64,000 bases of DNA from Eutreptiella sp. 'Long Island Sound 2002'. Its lineage: Eukaryota > Protista > Euglenida. The notes under the pieces were generated by a model. It was not told where the DNA came from. It saw nothing but the letters and a program-made list of their open reading frames with translations, and ran no database searches. Shown here piece by piece: positions 25,626 through 37,600 of this stretch (position 1 is its first letter; each line of letters begins with the position of its first letter). Location of the stretch: the NCBI GenBank assembly GCA_964036045.1, contig OZ038379.1, positions 4,774,001 to 4,838,000 on the forward strand, read 5' to 3'. A program made the translations under genes and the position numbers.

Positions 25626-28600
25626 GCGCCTAGTGCAGGTGGGACATGCTACTGTTTTTGTTCTGCGTTGCACCTGACGAGATCTAGTACATCCAGACCG
25701 GCTTTCTCTGTGCTCTGTTTGTCGCCAAAGTGTGTGTGCAGTGGGCTGTCCATGGGTTGTTGGGGGTATTGAGGGCAGTCACGGGAAGCTGTTCAGGAAA
25801 GTACCGGGGGAATCTCTTGCGGAAGGCTGTTGAGTCCACGGCAGCTGGCAGTGCGTTGCTTGCGAGCCCCCCCCCCAAAGATCGCAATGGTGTCGTTGTG
25901 TCGCGATTCCATCGAGCCGTACTGCTTCCTGCATCGCATGACTGCGGCTGCCCTCTTCCTTCAGGGACGAGCACATCGTTGACAGTATGTCGGATGTGTA
26001 CAAGGGCATCTTGGAGCACAACAAAGCCGCGACACGGTACAGCCCACAGGTCGTCAAGCCCTGTCAGTGTGTCCCTTCGCATGGCTGGGGAGGCATGCTT
26101 TGTGGTGGGGCGTGATTCAGGGGGTGTTTCGCGTGCTGTCTGCACCCCCACCACCAACTTTCTGGAAGGTAGTGGCCCCAAAGGCTTCGCTGCAGGCCCC
26201 CACTTCCCACGCAGGTGGGTCTGTCTCATCGTGTTCTGCTGCTCATTGTGTTGCGTGTTGTGTGTTGCACACAGAATGCCCGTGCCCCTGCCCTGTCTGT
26301 GCCCATGCCTGTAGATGTTTCATACTGGGATGCCCCGTGCTCCTGGCATGCCCCCGTCACATGCCCCTGTGCAAGCCTATGCCTACGTCATATGTCTGCC
26401 CCCCTGTCCATGTCATATCCGTGTCATGCCCCATGTCCCGGGCTCTGCCCCCCCCCCTGCCCCTGCGAATTCACCAGGAAATCATTTCTCCGTCGTAGCT
26501 ACTCTGAATTTCAACGTGTTCCGAGGTTACAGTCGCATTCGTGTCTAGGTCTCGGCACATAGTTGGTACACGTGCCACAAAGTGCTCACATCACATACAC
26601 ACATTTGTGTCAAAATGCGTGGTTCTGTGAAATGGGCACTATGCTAAAATATACAAACCCACCAAAAAAGAGAAAAAATGCAATAAAATGTACAACATTA
26701 AAAGCGTATGGACCTCTGCACTTGCATGCAACATGCACACAGACGCACAGACATGGCACCCTTTTTTTTTATCTGGCAAACCTCCCATCAAGAGAGCTCT
26801 TGAGGCTGTCTCAGATCAGACTTCAGTGCAGACGGCATCGGACCTCAGCCACACAATGTAAATGTGCACCCCCCTATCGGCCCGGCCCCAGAGCACCGGT
26901 GCACTGGGACGTGGTCATGATGGGGAACGGAAATGAAGTCAACAGCAGGTATTCCACCCGTCATCCATTTCGACTTTCCTGTGATTTTGCCAGTCACCCT
27001 GCATCCAGACATATCCAACGCAATCGCAAGACCCGCTGCCGGTCGTCCCACGTGTTGAGAGGCACACCCGTAGCTGAGTTGGACATTCCCCACGGTCAGA
27101 TAGTGTGTACTTTCCAGTCTTCCAGATTAGATGTGTCTTTTTTTTTTCCGGTTGTGTCCACTGTCTCCCAATTTTTTTTGCAGATCGCACCAACGTATCC
27201 CAAACACATGAGCAATGTATCCACAAGGTATCCCGTATCTCAATGCACATTCGATTGCTGCGGCCAGTTTTTTCCCATACTTGTTGATGGTGATGTTTAT
27301 CAATTGCCAAACTGACCGCACCACACACATGCAACACAGTGTCTCCGAAATGTATCCACAATGTATCCCCTGGTACTTGCTCCCGTTACACATATTGGGC
27401 ACCAGAAGGTGAGGAAGTGTGGAAGAACATCCCACTGCTTCGCCATTTTGTCTGTCCTGGCAGGCCCCCCTTGCGCTGTGCAGGTTTACAACGTGGGCAA
27501 CATCCACGTCTGGCAGCCCAACGCCCCCGTGCTGGCCACGCTGCGGTACGTCTACTCCTCCCGCTACAACGGCACGATCACCGACGTGACCCACGTGCTG
27601 GTCGCGGACTGCAACACGCTGGAGGGCCTCGACGCCATCGTCCAGGGCCTCAACCACTTCGTGGCGGTGGCCCCCATGCGGTCCCGCATGGCCCTGGTCT
27701 ACCACAGCGCCAGCCCCTCAGCGGTGGTGCCGGCGGCCCTGCAGGCCCTCACCGACGTCACGGCGGGGCTGCCGGAGCAGGCGTCCACGCTGCTGCAGTT
27801 CGTGGTACTGCTGCGGAAGGCGCTGCTCAAGGGCGGGCCCGCACTGAGCCTGGGGGTCGTGCAGGACATCCTGAAGGCCATGGACGCGGCGCAGGGTGGT
27901 GAAGAGGAAGAGGACGGTGTGTGTGTGATGTGTGGGAATCAGGGTTGTGCTTAGTGTGTGGCCTACGGGACAGGGCAGGCGGGGGTTATGAGGGCAAAAC
28001 AAAGTTTGTGTACCCAAAATGGGTTTCTCATTTTTGGATCTGTATTTAAAATTTGATTTTTCCGCAGAGGAATTTTTTTTGGTTTTGGGTGGGTGCGTGG
28101 TTTAGCCGGGGGGGGGGGGGTCCGCCAGATCACCCCCACCCCCCTGTGGGTAACCACATCCCTGGTGGGAATGGCCTGGCAGAGAGCATGCAGTTCCGCA
28201 GCCGGGAGGTCCTTTCACAACCTTGGCGCAGCCAGTCCCGAAATTCCCATTTTTCCAGTTGGCTAGTTCGCCTGGCAAAATTCATCAAAGGAACTTGAGG
28301 GAAAGGTGGCGAGGTTGTGGAAAAGTGGGGGAAATGGGACTAGGAAAAATTGGAAATTTTGTCCCAAATTGTCCCAGTTTTCTCCAATTTTTCTCCCGTT
28401 TCCTACCAATTTCACACATTTTTTTCTACACTCCCCACAATGTATTTTTTTGGCAATTTCCCACAATTCCCAAATTCCCCCATTTCCCCCCATTTCCCCC
28501 CATTTCCCCACTTTTCCCATTTTCCTTCACCTCTGCGGCTAGTTGGCTAATTCGGCTGCGGCTAACGCCGACGCCTGCTTTCATTTCTGTTGATCGGGTG

Positions 28601-31600
28601 CGTCCGTTGGCGCCTTTTTGGGGCGCGTCTACTTGTGTCACTTTGCACTAATGTGCGGGCCACAAAGGGAGTGTCGTGGTACTGGTGTGAGACCGCCACC
28701 GCTTGGGCAGAAGCTGCGAGGGCACAAGAGGCAATTTTGCTGCAGCAGCGGGGCAATGGGCGTGGGCGGGTGCATCGTCAGGATCTGCTACGGTCGCAGT
28801 CTGACACTGACGCGGTCGAGGGGTTGGGGTTGCATCCCTGTGTCATCAGGGACAGGGCCCCCAACTGTGCACTGCGCATTGGTGAGGGGCTGTTGGGGGA
28901 TGGTGCTCAGTCGGGTCCCGGCGGGCAGGGGGTGGTGCAGGGCGGGTGACCGCGTGCGCTCATATGTCTCTGCATGTCCCTGCAGGCAATGTCTACAGGC
29001 GCAAGGCAAAGCTGGCCATCAAGTTCGATATCAAGGCTCTCCTGAAGCAGTTCAACGCCGGACAGGTGTTTGCTGTGCCCCCCACACACGACCCCTGGCT
29101 CCCACAAACACAACCGTGTCCACGTCCACAGCCAGACCGCGTATGACTGCCAGTTGTGCTCGGCGCTTAAGAGTTCACGGCTCCACACCGGCCCCTCCCT
29201 GCTCCCCCCCTCCACCCCCTCTAACCCTTGGGGCTGGACACTTGGATGTGGTGTGGAGGCATGCTGGGTACTCCCCAGCACGAACGGGGCGGAAAAGGGG
29301 GTTGGCTATGCCACCTGTGACCAGACCATATCCGTTGATCCTGAGCCACTCCTCAGCAGGCCACCCGCCCCTCTTGGATGCCAGGCGCCAGGGAGATCAG
29401 GTTGCAGGCGCGTGGCTTCTCTCCATGTGCTGAGGATTTGGTGGTGGGGGGCCCGTACCCAGCGATGAGCCACAAGCGACATCGCTGTCCACCGTAACCC
29501 AAATCTTTTGCTCCTTTGATCTTTTGATCCTTTGCTTTTTTCTGTGATCTCTCTGAGGTATCTACAGCGGATGGTGGGGCGGGCATCCCGTGAACACCCA
29601 ACCAGTGGGGAACCGCTTTGGCACACCATCTGCGCCTCGCACACTTTGCTCTCGCCTGTTCCTTGTTTGCTCATTTGGGCTGCAAAGTAAGTCCTGCTGT
29701 ACACAGAGCACGCACGGCACAGCACAGAGCGTACACAGAGCGCGCACAGCACAGCACAGCACAGCGCGTACTGACCTGCAGGTTTTGAGAGTTTTGAGAG
29801 TTTTAGAAAGCAAACACTACCCCCCCCCCCCCCACTATGGAACGATACATTTGTGCTGTGCTTTGATGGATCATTGTTTTCTTCACTTTGTCTTCTGATG
29901 TCTACTGTTGAACCCACTGACGAGGGGACAACACAACCCAAGAGGGACAAGGAGACAGCCAGGAGTACTGCAGACTGTTTGCAGTGGGAGTGGAAGCGGA
30001 AATGTGAGGAGGAGGAGTAGCAACACATGACCTCCCATGAAATGATTCTGTTGTGTTCGTCTTTGGAGGGTGTCGGGACATTCTGGCTACTGCCCACCTA
30101 CTCTGGGGCCTGTGCAAAGGCCAGGGCTGTCTCTGGGGTTGGGACCAGGACGCCGACTTGGTCTAGGGCTACATCAAAGCCAATGTCGGGGGGCTGGGAC
30201 AGGCCTGGCAAATGCTGCCCCAGTGCGGTGGTGTGGGTGTGTGGGCGTGTTGGGCCTCGTACCAGGGCCCATCGTGCCCCTCCCCCTCCTGGCCTGGCCC
30301 ATGACAGTGTGGCCGGCCGGTGGACGGCGGCCGACCTTCCGCGGACGGCGTCGGGCACAACACCGGACGGCGGTCGGCGAGAAGCTGACCGCAGCTGGCG
30401 GCTACCTGACAGCAGCCCCTGGCTGACCAGGCCGGGGTTTTGCGGTCGGGTGGTGTTGTTCCGTCTGAAAGTGCTGTGCTGCTTTGACACTCGCGACGGC
30501 CCTCCTCCCTGGTGTTGGGCGTCAGGGAGGTGTGTCCATCCAACAGCAGCTCCGGCCAGAGGCCCTGCGCCTCGAATATGGCCAGTGGCCGCGCCCGCCC
30601 CCCCCAACAGGCGGTCAGGGAGTGCGTGCAGGTCCTGGAGGCGCCAGCGGTACAGGCCCATGGCTGGTGATGCCATCCTCGACGGGTGTTTGCACCGGCG
30701 CTCGCCGGTTCGGGGGGGGGGGGGCGTGGTCCACTGTGAGTACATGGCAGGGGACGCCAGGTTTTCAACTCGGGGGGGGGGGGGGGGGGGGGGGGGATAG
30801 AGCCCCCCAAAGGGGGGGGGGGGCGGGTGGGAGAAGGGCTCAATTGACAGGACCATTGACCAGTTATTCTGAAGTCTGGTGCCAAAGGCGCCGAAAATTT
30901 TTCGAGCCCTTGAAAATGGTCAATTTTTTTTTCACCAAATGCAATGGCACATGATGGCTTTTCTGAACCCCCTCGACGCGCTGATTCCAAAAATACCATT
31001 TTCATTTTTTGCCGAAATTTGGGTCCAGGTTACCTCTGGGCCCACGGGTCAGTCTCGGTAGGATTTTGGGTGGCCCGTCAATTGGGCCTTTTTCGGGGGG
31101 GGTCTAGCCAGAGGGCTGTATCCCCCCCCCCCCCCCCCCGCAATTGAAAGCCCGCCCACCCCAGCAAGCCCAGCACTGCGCCCATCCCCTTCTCTGCAGG
31201 GCCCTGACGACATGGCCGCGACCCTCGCGGCCCATCGCGACTTCGGCAGCGCCTTCAGTGCCGTCCCGGTGCTCGTCACCAACGGCCGCATCCTGCAGCT
31301 GCAGGGCAAGGAGGCCCTGCTGACGGAGGACTACAGCATTCTGGAGCATTACGAGCGGGAGCAGCGCACCACGGGCCTCATGGCACTCCTGAAGGAGCAT
31401 GCATTCATCGGCGATGACACACCGCCCCCGGAAACCAGTAGGTGGTGCTACCGCTACCCCCCCCCCCCCCCGCCCTATGCACAACAAGCGGCATCCATCC
31501 GTGAGCGAGGCGCATGCGGCTGATCTCGGCAGGGTAAGGGGGTCTGGACGCCGCTGGGACCAGGGCATTGGTGGAGGGAAAGGGGGATGCAGGAGGGGCC

Positions 31601-34600
31601 ATGGGGGGGCGGTTGGAGCAGTGGGTACTGCTGAGCAGTGAAGCGGCTGTTTGGCGGTTGCAAACCGGTTGGCAGGGGGTGGGCGTGCAGGTTGGTGGTT
31701 TACATGTGGAAGGGTGTTGTGGAGGGACGCCCCTCCAACCCCCCCTTTCGAGCGGGCCTGGCCGCGCCGCCAGAAGTCCCGAGAAGCTCAGATTCAGAGA
31801 GGGCACATGCCGGCGTCCTCGGCACACAAGACATTGGAACGGTGGGCCACAGACCCCCCCCCCCTCCCATGAGGCAGCGTACGCGATGGGGGTGGGCGTG
31901 ATATGACGGGGGACTGCACAATGGCGGGACGGGGCTGTTCTCGCCCCAACCCCAGCCCCAGCCACAGCCCCAGCCACAGCCCCAGCCCCAGCCCCAGCCC
32001 CAGCCCCAGCCACACGCCCATGAACCGCCAAACACCAGCCGCAAGGCCCGCGTCATCGGTCCGAGCGCCGCCCGGAGGCTGCCGCTGGCGTGTATGGGCG
32101 TGGCCTGATTCGCTGCCTTGCACTTGGGCCCGCTGAACGACGTGCGCCGATTTTGGAATGCAAAGTCATGTTGGGCTTGTGGAGGGGCTGCAAAGCGAAG
32201 GGGCCTCACCAGCGATGGATGGTGTCACTCGACAGCTCAACGGCCCAACAATAATGACACGTCCAAATGGCCACGTATCCGCTGCCGTATCGGGGGTCCG
32301 ATGGTGGGGAAATTGGGGCCTGGTGGTGCGGGAGGGGGGGGGGGGGGGGGAAGGAGGTGTGGCACCAACCGGCCCCCTGCGCCCCGTCCGCCCCGCGGTC
32401 GCTCAGCCCCCCTGGGCGCCGTGGTAACGGTCTGTATTGTCTCTTGGCATCAGGGAAGGTCATGGGCAGGAGGGTGGGGGCAGGGATGCGCTTGAAGGGG
32501 AGGGAGGCCAGGGGGTGACTTCCAGAGCGGCTGAAAGGCGGTTGACGGCGGTTGGAAAAAGCGGTTGCGGGGCAATTGCTGGCGGTTACACAACGGTTGC
32601 AGTTGAAAAGCAGTTGGAACGGCACTGACCGACGAGTTGGGGCGTGGACCGCCGGCACGGAGCACGTCCCTCCGCATGGCCCTACCATGTGGTTGCCCCC
32701 TCCGTGCCCCCATCGCGTCGCTTCCCGCCGCATCGCTGTTTGCCAGGCGGCTGGCGGACACGATCTGCGCCATCGCCAGCATTTTGACCAGCGACTGGTT
32801 CAGCAACGGGGAGCGGGTGGCAACCATCCCCCAACGCTTGGAGAAGGACACTGAGGCCCTTCACGGTTTTGGAGTGCCTTCGCAGCCCAACTTGGCAGCG
32901 CCGGGGGAGGTATTGTGGGCCGTTGCATGGGACCGCGGAGGACTGGGAGGGAGGGCCGCAGTGCTGTTGACCTACGCTGTGGCATCACGTTTTTTTGGGG
33001 GGGTCTGCCCTGCCCCCACCCCCAGGGCTGTGGTTAATGCAAGGGAACACAAACTCCTGCCGGTACGCCCCGACAGCAACAGAGCACCGGCATGTGGGAA
33101 CGTCACCGCAGAGTGGCAGTGCAATGGGTCCAAGTGTCTGCACAACTCGGATCCGGGGGGGGGGGGTTACGGGTAGGGCCAGCCCCCACCCCTCCAGACC
33201 CCCCCAACCTACACCACCTGTACAACTCTGCCTGCTTTTCAACAATGGCTTTCAGACAACGTCATCTTCACTTGCTCCATGTCTTCAACTGCTCTCTCGG
33301 TGCCTTCGCTATTTCATTCGCACGTTTCCTGGGATGCCCTGCGTTGATTTTCTCCCACAGGGAATGGCAAATGGGACTCTACCGCTCAGAAGGAAACAGG
33401 GAATTCAAAAACATCCCCCAAAAATCCAAATCTGTTGACCCCCTTCCCCCCCCCCAGCCCCTCTTGAGCCCCTGCCCACGCCGCAGGGGTTGGGTCCGGA
33501 AGTATGTTTCACCGCCCCCCGCGCGTCCAAGCACGTGCACGACTCGGACAAAAGAGACGCACCTCCGTCCCATGACCGGGCCCAGGGGCACGAGGCGCTT
33601 GGCCTGCCCGTCACTTGCTCTTGGACCACCACTTCCTGTCTCTTCTTTCTCTTGGTTTGCGACCAAAGTGCGATGTGTTCCGGTCTGCTGCGGCAGACGC
33701 CCCCGCAAAACATGCACCCCGAGACATATGCCCGTCCCATGACAGGGCCATGCCTTCGGCGCCCCTTTCGTCTGATGGGGCTCCAAAATGAGGGCGCTTT
33801 GCTGACCTCAGCCCCGACTGAACGTGCCACGCCACAACCGCCCACAGGCTCCCAATCAAAATTGTAGATGGGCTCAGTCTTGAGCATACACTACTGTTGC
33901 CGTTGTCAACAGGCCACTATTCTGAGCATCGTAGCAGTGATCGACCCCTTGAGCACCGCTGCCCAGAAGCTGTCCACGTTCTTGTCTTCTCTGCACGAAT
34001 CCTTCAACTCCCACATCACTGTGTATTTTGCTCCTCACTCACAGGTCTGGTGTGTGTGTGTGTGTGTGTGTGTGTTTGCGCGCGGTTGCAGCGGCTAACA
34101 GGGTGCACGCAGAGCCAGGACACATACTAGATCAGAGGCATGTAAGCGCTGCTGCATGAGGCGGGCCAAGTTTTAACTCTCAATCCAGTCAATGATAATG
34201 GAGGGCAATCACATGACCCTCCACATGACACACTTATGCTGAACCTCATCCACTTTCATCATCACTGTCCGTCAGAAAGGCGCCTAGCCTCATGACTTTC
34301 TTTTGATGTTGACCTGACGAGCTGTTGTTACGGTCAGTGCTGTGCTCTCGCTGTGCGCTTCATCTCCTCATGCTGCGTGTCTTTGATTCTTTGTTCCTGT
34401 GTGTCCTGCTCAGCGAGCCGCCCGCCCCTACACATGAGCATGCAGCTTTGATAATTGGTGTGGTCACCTTAACGAGATCAGGTGCACCGCTGTTGGTGGG
34501 GCAGACTGCGAAGGCCAGTTCAATACCATAAGCCCAGAGGTGGTAGCCACCGAAATGCGCGAGGCTGCAGCGTGGCTCTCAAAGAAGTGATGCTGGTGTG

Positions 34601-37600
34601 CGCGCGACTTGGTATGGTCGGTTGTCATACATGACAAGGATAGAGACCGCCAGGGGTCGCCAAGGCAACTCGCTTTCATCATGTTTCCCATGACGAGCTC
34701 ACTGCGGTGATCCAACGGGATATGACGACCGTGCTGCAGTGGGTGCCGTTTGGCGTTGCATGAGCTGCATCCCTATGGGAGGCAGTTGCAGTGCCCAAAG
34801 CGGCAAATCTGCACTCCATCTGGGGCCTCAAAAAAGCTGTCTCTCAGTTGCCCCACCTCGCGGAGCTGGAGGTGAGCTCCGACGGTGTCCCTACTTGGCA
34901 GTGTCCACGACTCAGGGAATGGTACGGGCCACTTTGGCGTAATTCCGGTATAACATTATGTTCGGGACCTCGGGTGCAGTGGGCAGTGCAGAGGTGATGC
35001 AAGAGGTGTGTACCCTGCTCAGCCATGCCTCGGGCCTCAGTGAAATGCGTCTGCAAGGTAAACAAAGGGGACCGATGTAAGGGACTATGTATGAGAACAA
35101 CCTCTTGTCAGAACAACAGTTGTTGTTTCCACAACTTTTGGAATTTTACGTTTGTTCTCGTAAGGGGGGTACACGCCCAAGATTGTGCGTGGGCAAGGGC
35201 TTGGGCTCGTGCTGGGGCCTGGAACTGGGGCTTGGGCTTGGGCGTGGGTTTGGGTTTGGGTTTGGAGCTGGCTGGGGGGCCCTCATTTGATACCCTCATC
35301 TGAGGATTGTGGTGCGATTGGTGCCCAAGTAAGGAGTTTGGGGTGAAACTGGGGTTGCCTGGCAGATGGGCGTGCCATTGCTCTGGGGTAAGCGTCTTAC
35401 GTGGCCGGCAGCATCTTTCACTCATGCAGACCGCATCATGAGACTGATGCAGAAGCCAGGGCTTCGTTTTTTGGAGCTTGGATGACGGCTTAGGGCTGTG
35501 CCGAGGCTTGGATGGGGTTTCGCGCACATGTCTACCGCACCCCCTGCGTGATGCTTCGCAGGTATCCAATTTGCCACTGAAGTCGTTCTACCGCTACGTC
35601 TTGATTCCCGAGCTGCAGTTTGACACGGAGCGTGGCACCATCGCTCCTCCTGCAGCCTACTTCTCCAACGTCCCGGAGTCCAAGATCCTCACCATGGTAC
35701 TGCCCTGAGCCCTGCCACCCCCCGTTCCCGCTATGTGACCTCGCAGGGCGCGGCGGAGTCGATGGTGTGCTTCGGGGGGGGGGGGATGAATAGAGCCCCC
35801 GCAAAAGTTTGGGGGGGGGTGGGCGGGTGGTCAGGGCCGGGAACTCAGTTGATTGGGACCATCAATCACTCGCAATGACATCCGGTGCTCAAGGTGCCAC
35901 AGAAAGTTTTGTGGTGTCAATTTTTGGTTTTACCCGATCCTAGACAATTGACTGATTTCCCCCCAAAATGGCACATACCACCGAGCGGGGGAGGGGGTCT
36001 CCGTGCCCTGGGGGCCAGTTAGTTACAGAGGGTGGCCGAGTTTCGCCCATAGTGATGGTGGTGCTGAAGGTGTATGCCCCTTGGGGTCACAAGGCCTAAG
36101 CAGCCCCAGCCCTGGTTGGTGGCTGAGCTGTTGAGCGATGCCGTAAGTCAGGTATCATGCTGTCCCCCACCCCGTGGCGATCAATTTAAGGAACATATTC
36201 CGGGGGGGGGGGGGGGGGGCGACTCCGCGGGTCCCAGGACGCCAACTACCCCCCCCCCCCCTAGGGGCCTTCGGCCAACAGTTAGTTGCCAAAGGTGTCG
36301 CCCCCAGGCGTCCATGGGCGCCTAAGGCGCCCGATGCTCCATGAACACCAAACCAACTGGCTGCAAAGGTTAGGGTTAAGTTTATGGTGATGGTATGGTT
36401 AGAGGGAGGACAAGGGGAGGTAAGGGGAGCCTGTGCCCCCCTCCCCACCGACCCTCCCGGAGCCCCCCCCCCCCAACCGACCCTCCTGGACCCCCCCCCC
36501 CCAACCTCCCGCCCCAGCGTGCGCCAACAGGCCACGACCAGGGCGCGCTGCCCTGTCCAGCGCCCCACCTCCCGCCCCGGCGTGCGCCAACAGGCCACGA
36601 CCAGGGCGCGCTGCCCTGTCCAGCGCCCCACCTCCCGCCCCGGCGTGCGCCAACAGGCCACGACCAGGGCGCGCTGCCCAGTCCAGCGCCCCACCTCCCG
36701 CCCCGGCGTGCGCCAACAGGCCACGACCAGGGCACGCAGCCCTGTCCAGCGCCCCACCTCCCGCCCCGGCGTGCGCCAACAGGCCACGACCAGGGCGCGC
36801 AGCCCTGTCCAGCGCCCCACCTCCCGCCCCGGCGTGCGCCAACAGGCCACGACCAGGGCGCGCTGCCCTGTCCGGCGGCCCACCTCCCTCCCCGGCGTGC
36901 GCCAACAGGCCACAACCAGGGCGCGCTGCCCTGGGCGGCCCGAAAATTGCTTTGCGGGTGGGGGATGGCATGGGCGCCCGGCGAAGGAGGGGGGGGGGGA
37001 GGTTCCAGAATTGGGCTTCCGTGCCGGGCCCTTTGTTTTGTGTAAGGACGGATGTTGCCACCAAAGGCGCCGGAACACAAATTTTGGCCCGGAAAATTTT
37101 TTGTCACGAAAAAATTTTCCCCCACATATGTGTAGTCAAAATGATCAGCGCGACGTGGGGATCATTTTGAGCCATGTATGTTGGGGTCGGACCCCCCCCC
37201 CCCCCGGCACGGCAGGTAGGGCAGCCCCAGCCCAAACCCCCCTCCCGGCACGGCGACCAAGGAGGGGGAGGGGGGGGTTGGGCAAATGGGTTTCCGTGCC
37301 ATCCCCCCCCCCGCAAAGCAATTTTCTTCGCGCCCTGTCCAGCGCCCAACCACCCGCCCTGGCGTGCGCCAACAGGCCACGACCAGGGCGCGCTGCCCTG
37401 TCCAGCGCCCATCCTCCCGCCCAGGTGTGCGCCAACAGGCCACGACCAAGGCGCGCTGCCCTGTCCGGCGGCCCACCTCCCTCCCCAGCGTGCGCCAACA
37501 GGCCACGACCAGGGCGCGCTGCCCTGGGCGGCCCGAAAATTGCTTTGTGGGTGGGGGATGGCATGGGCGCCCGGCGAAGGAGGGGGGGGGGGGGGGGGGG

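Noticed and set aside
26030-26049. Exon 5 donor at 26037 (CG|GTACAG)
   Set aside because: It gives phase 2, which is incompatible with the phase-0 start of exon 6. The donor after 26049 also keeps the RYSPQ motif.
30098-30856. 252-aa minus-strand ORF containing GLYRWR (RT-like)
   Set aside because: No YxDD or other RT motif follows; the region is GC-rich and low-complexity.
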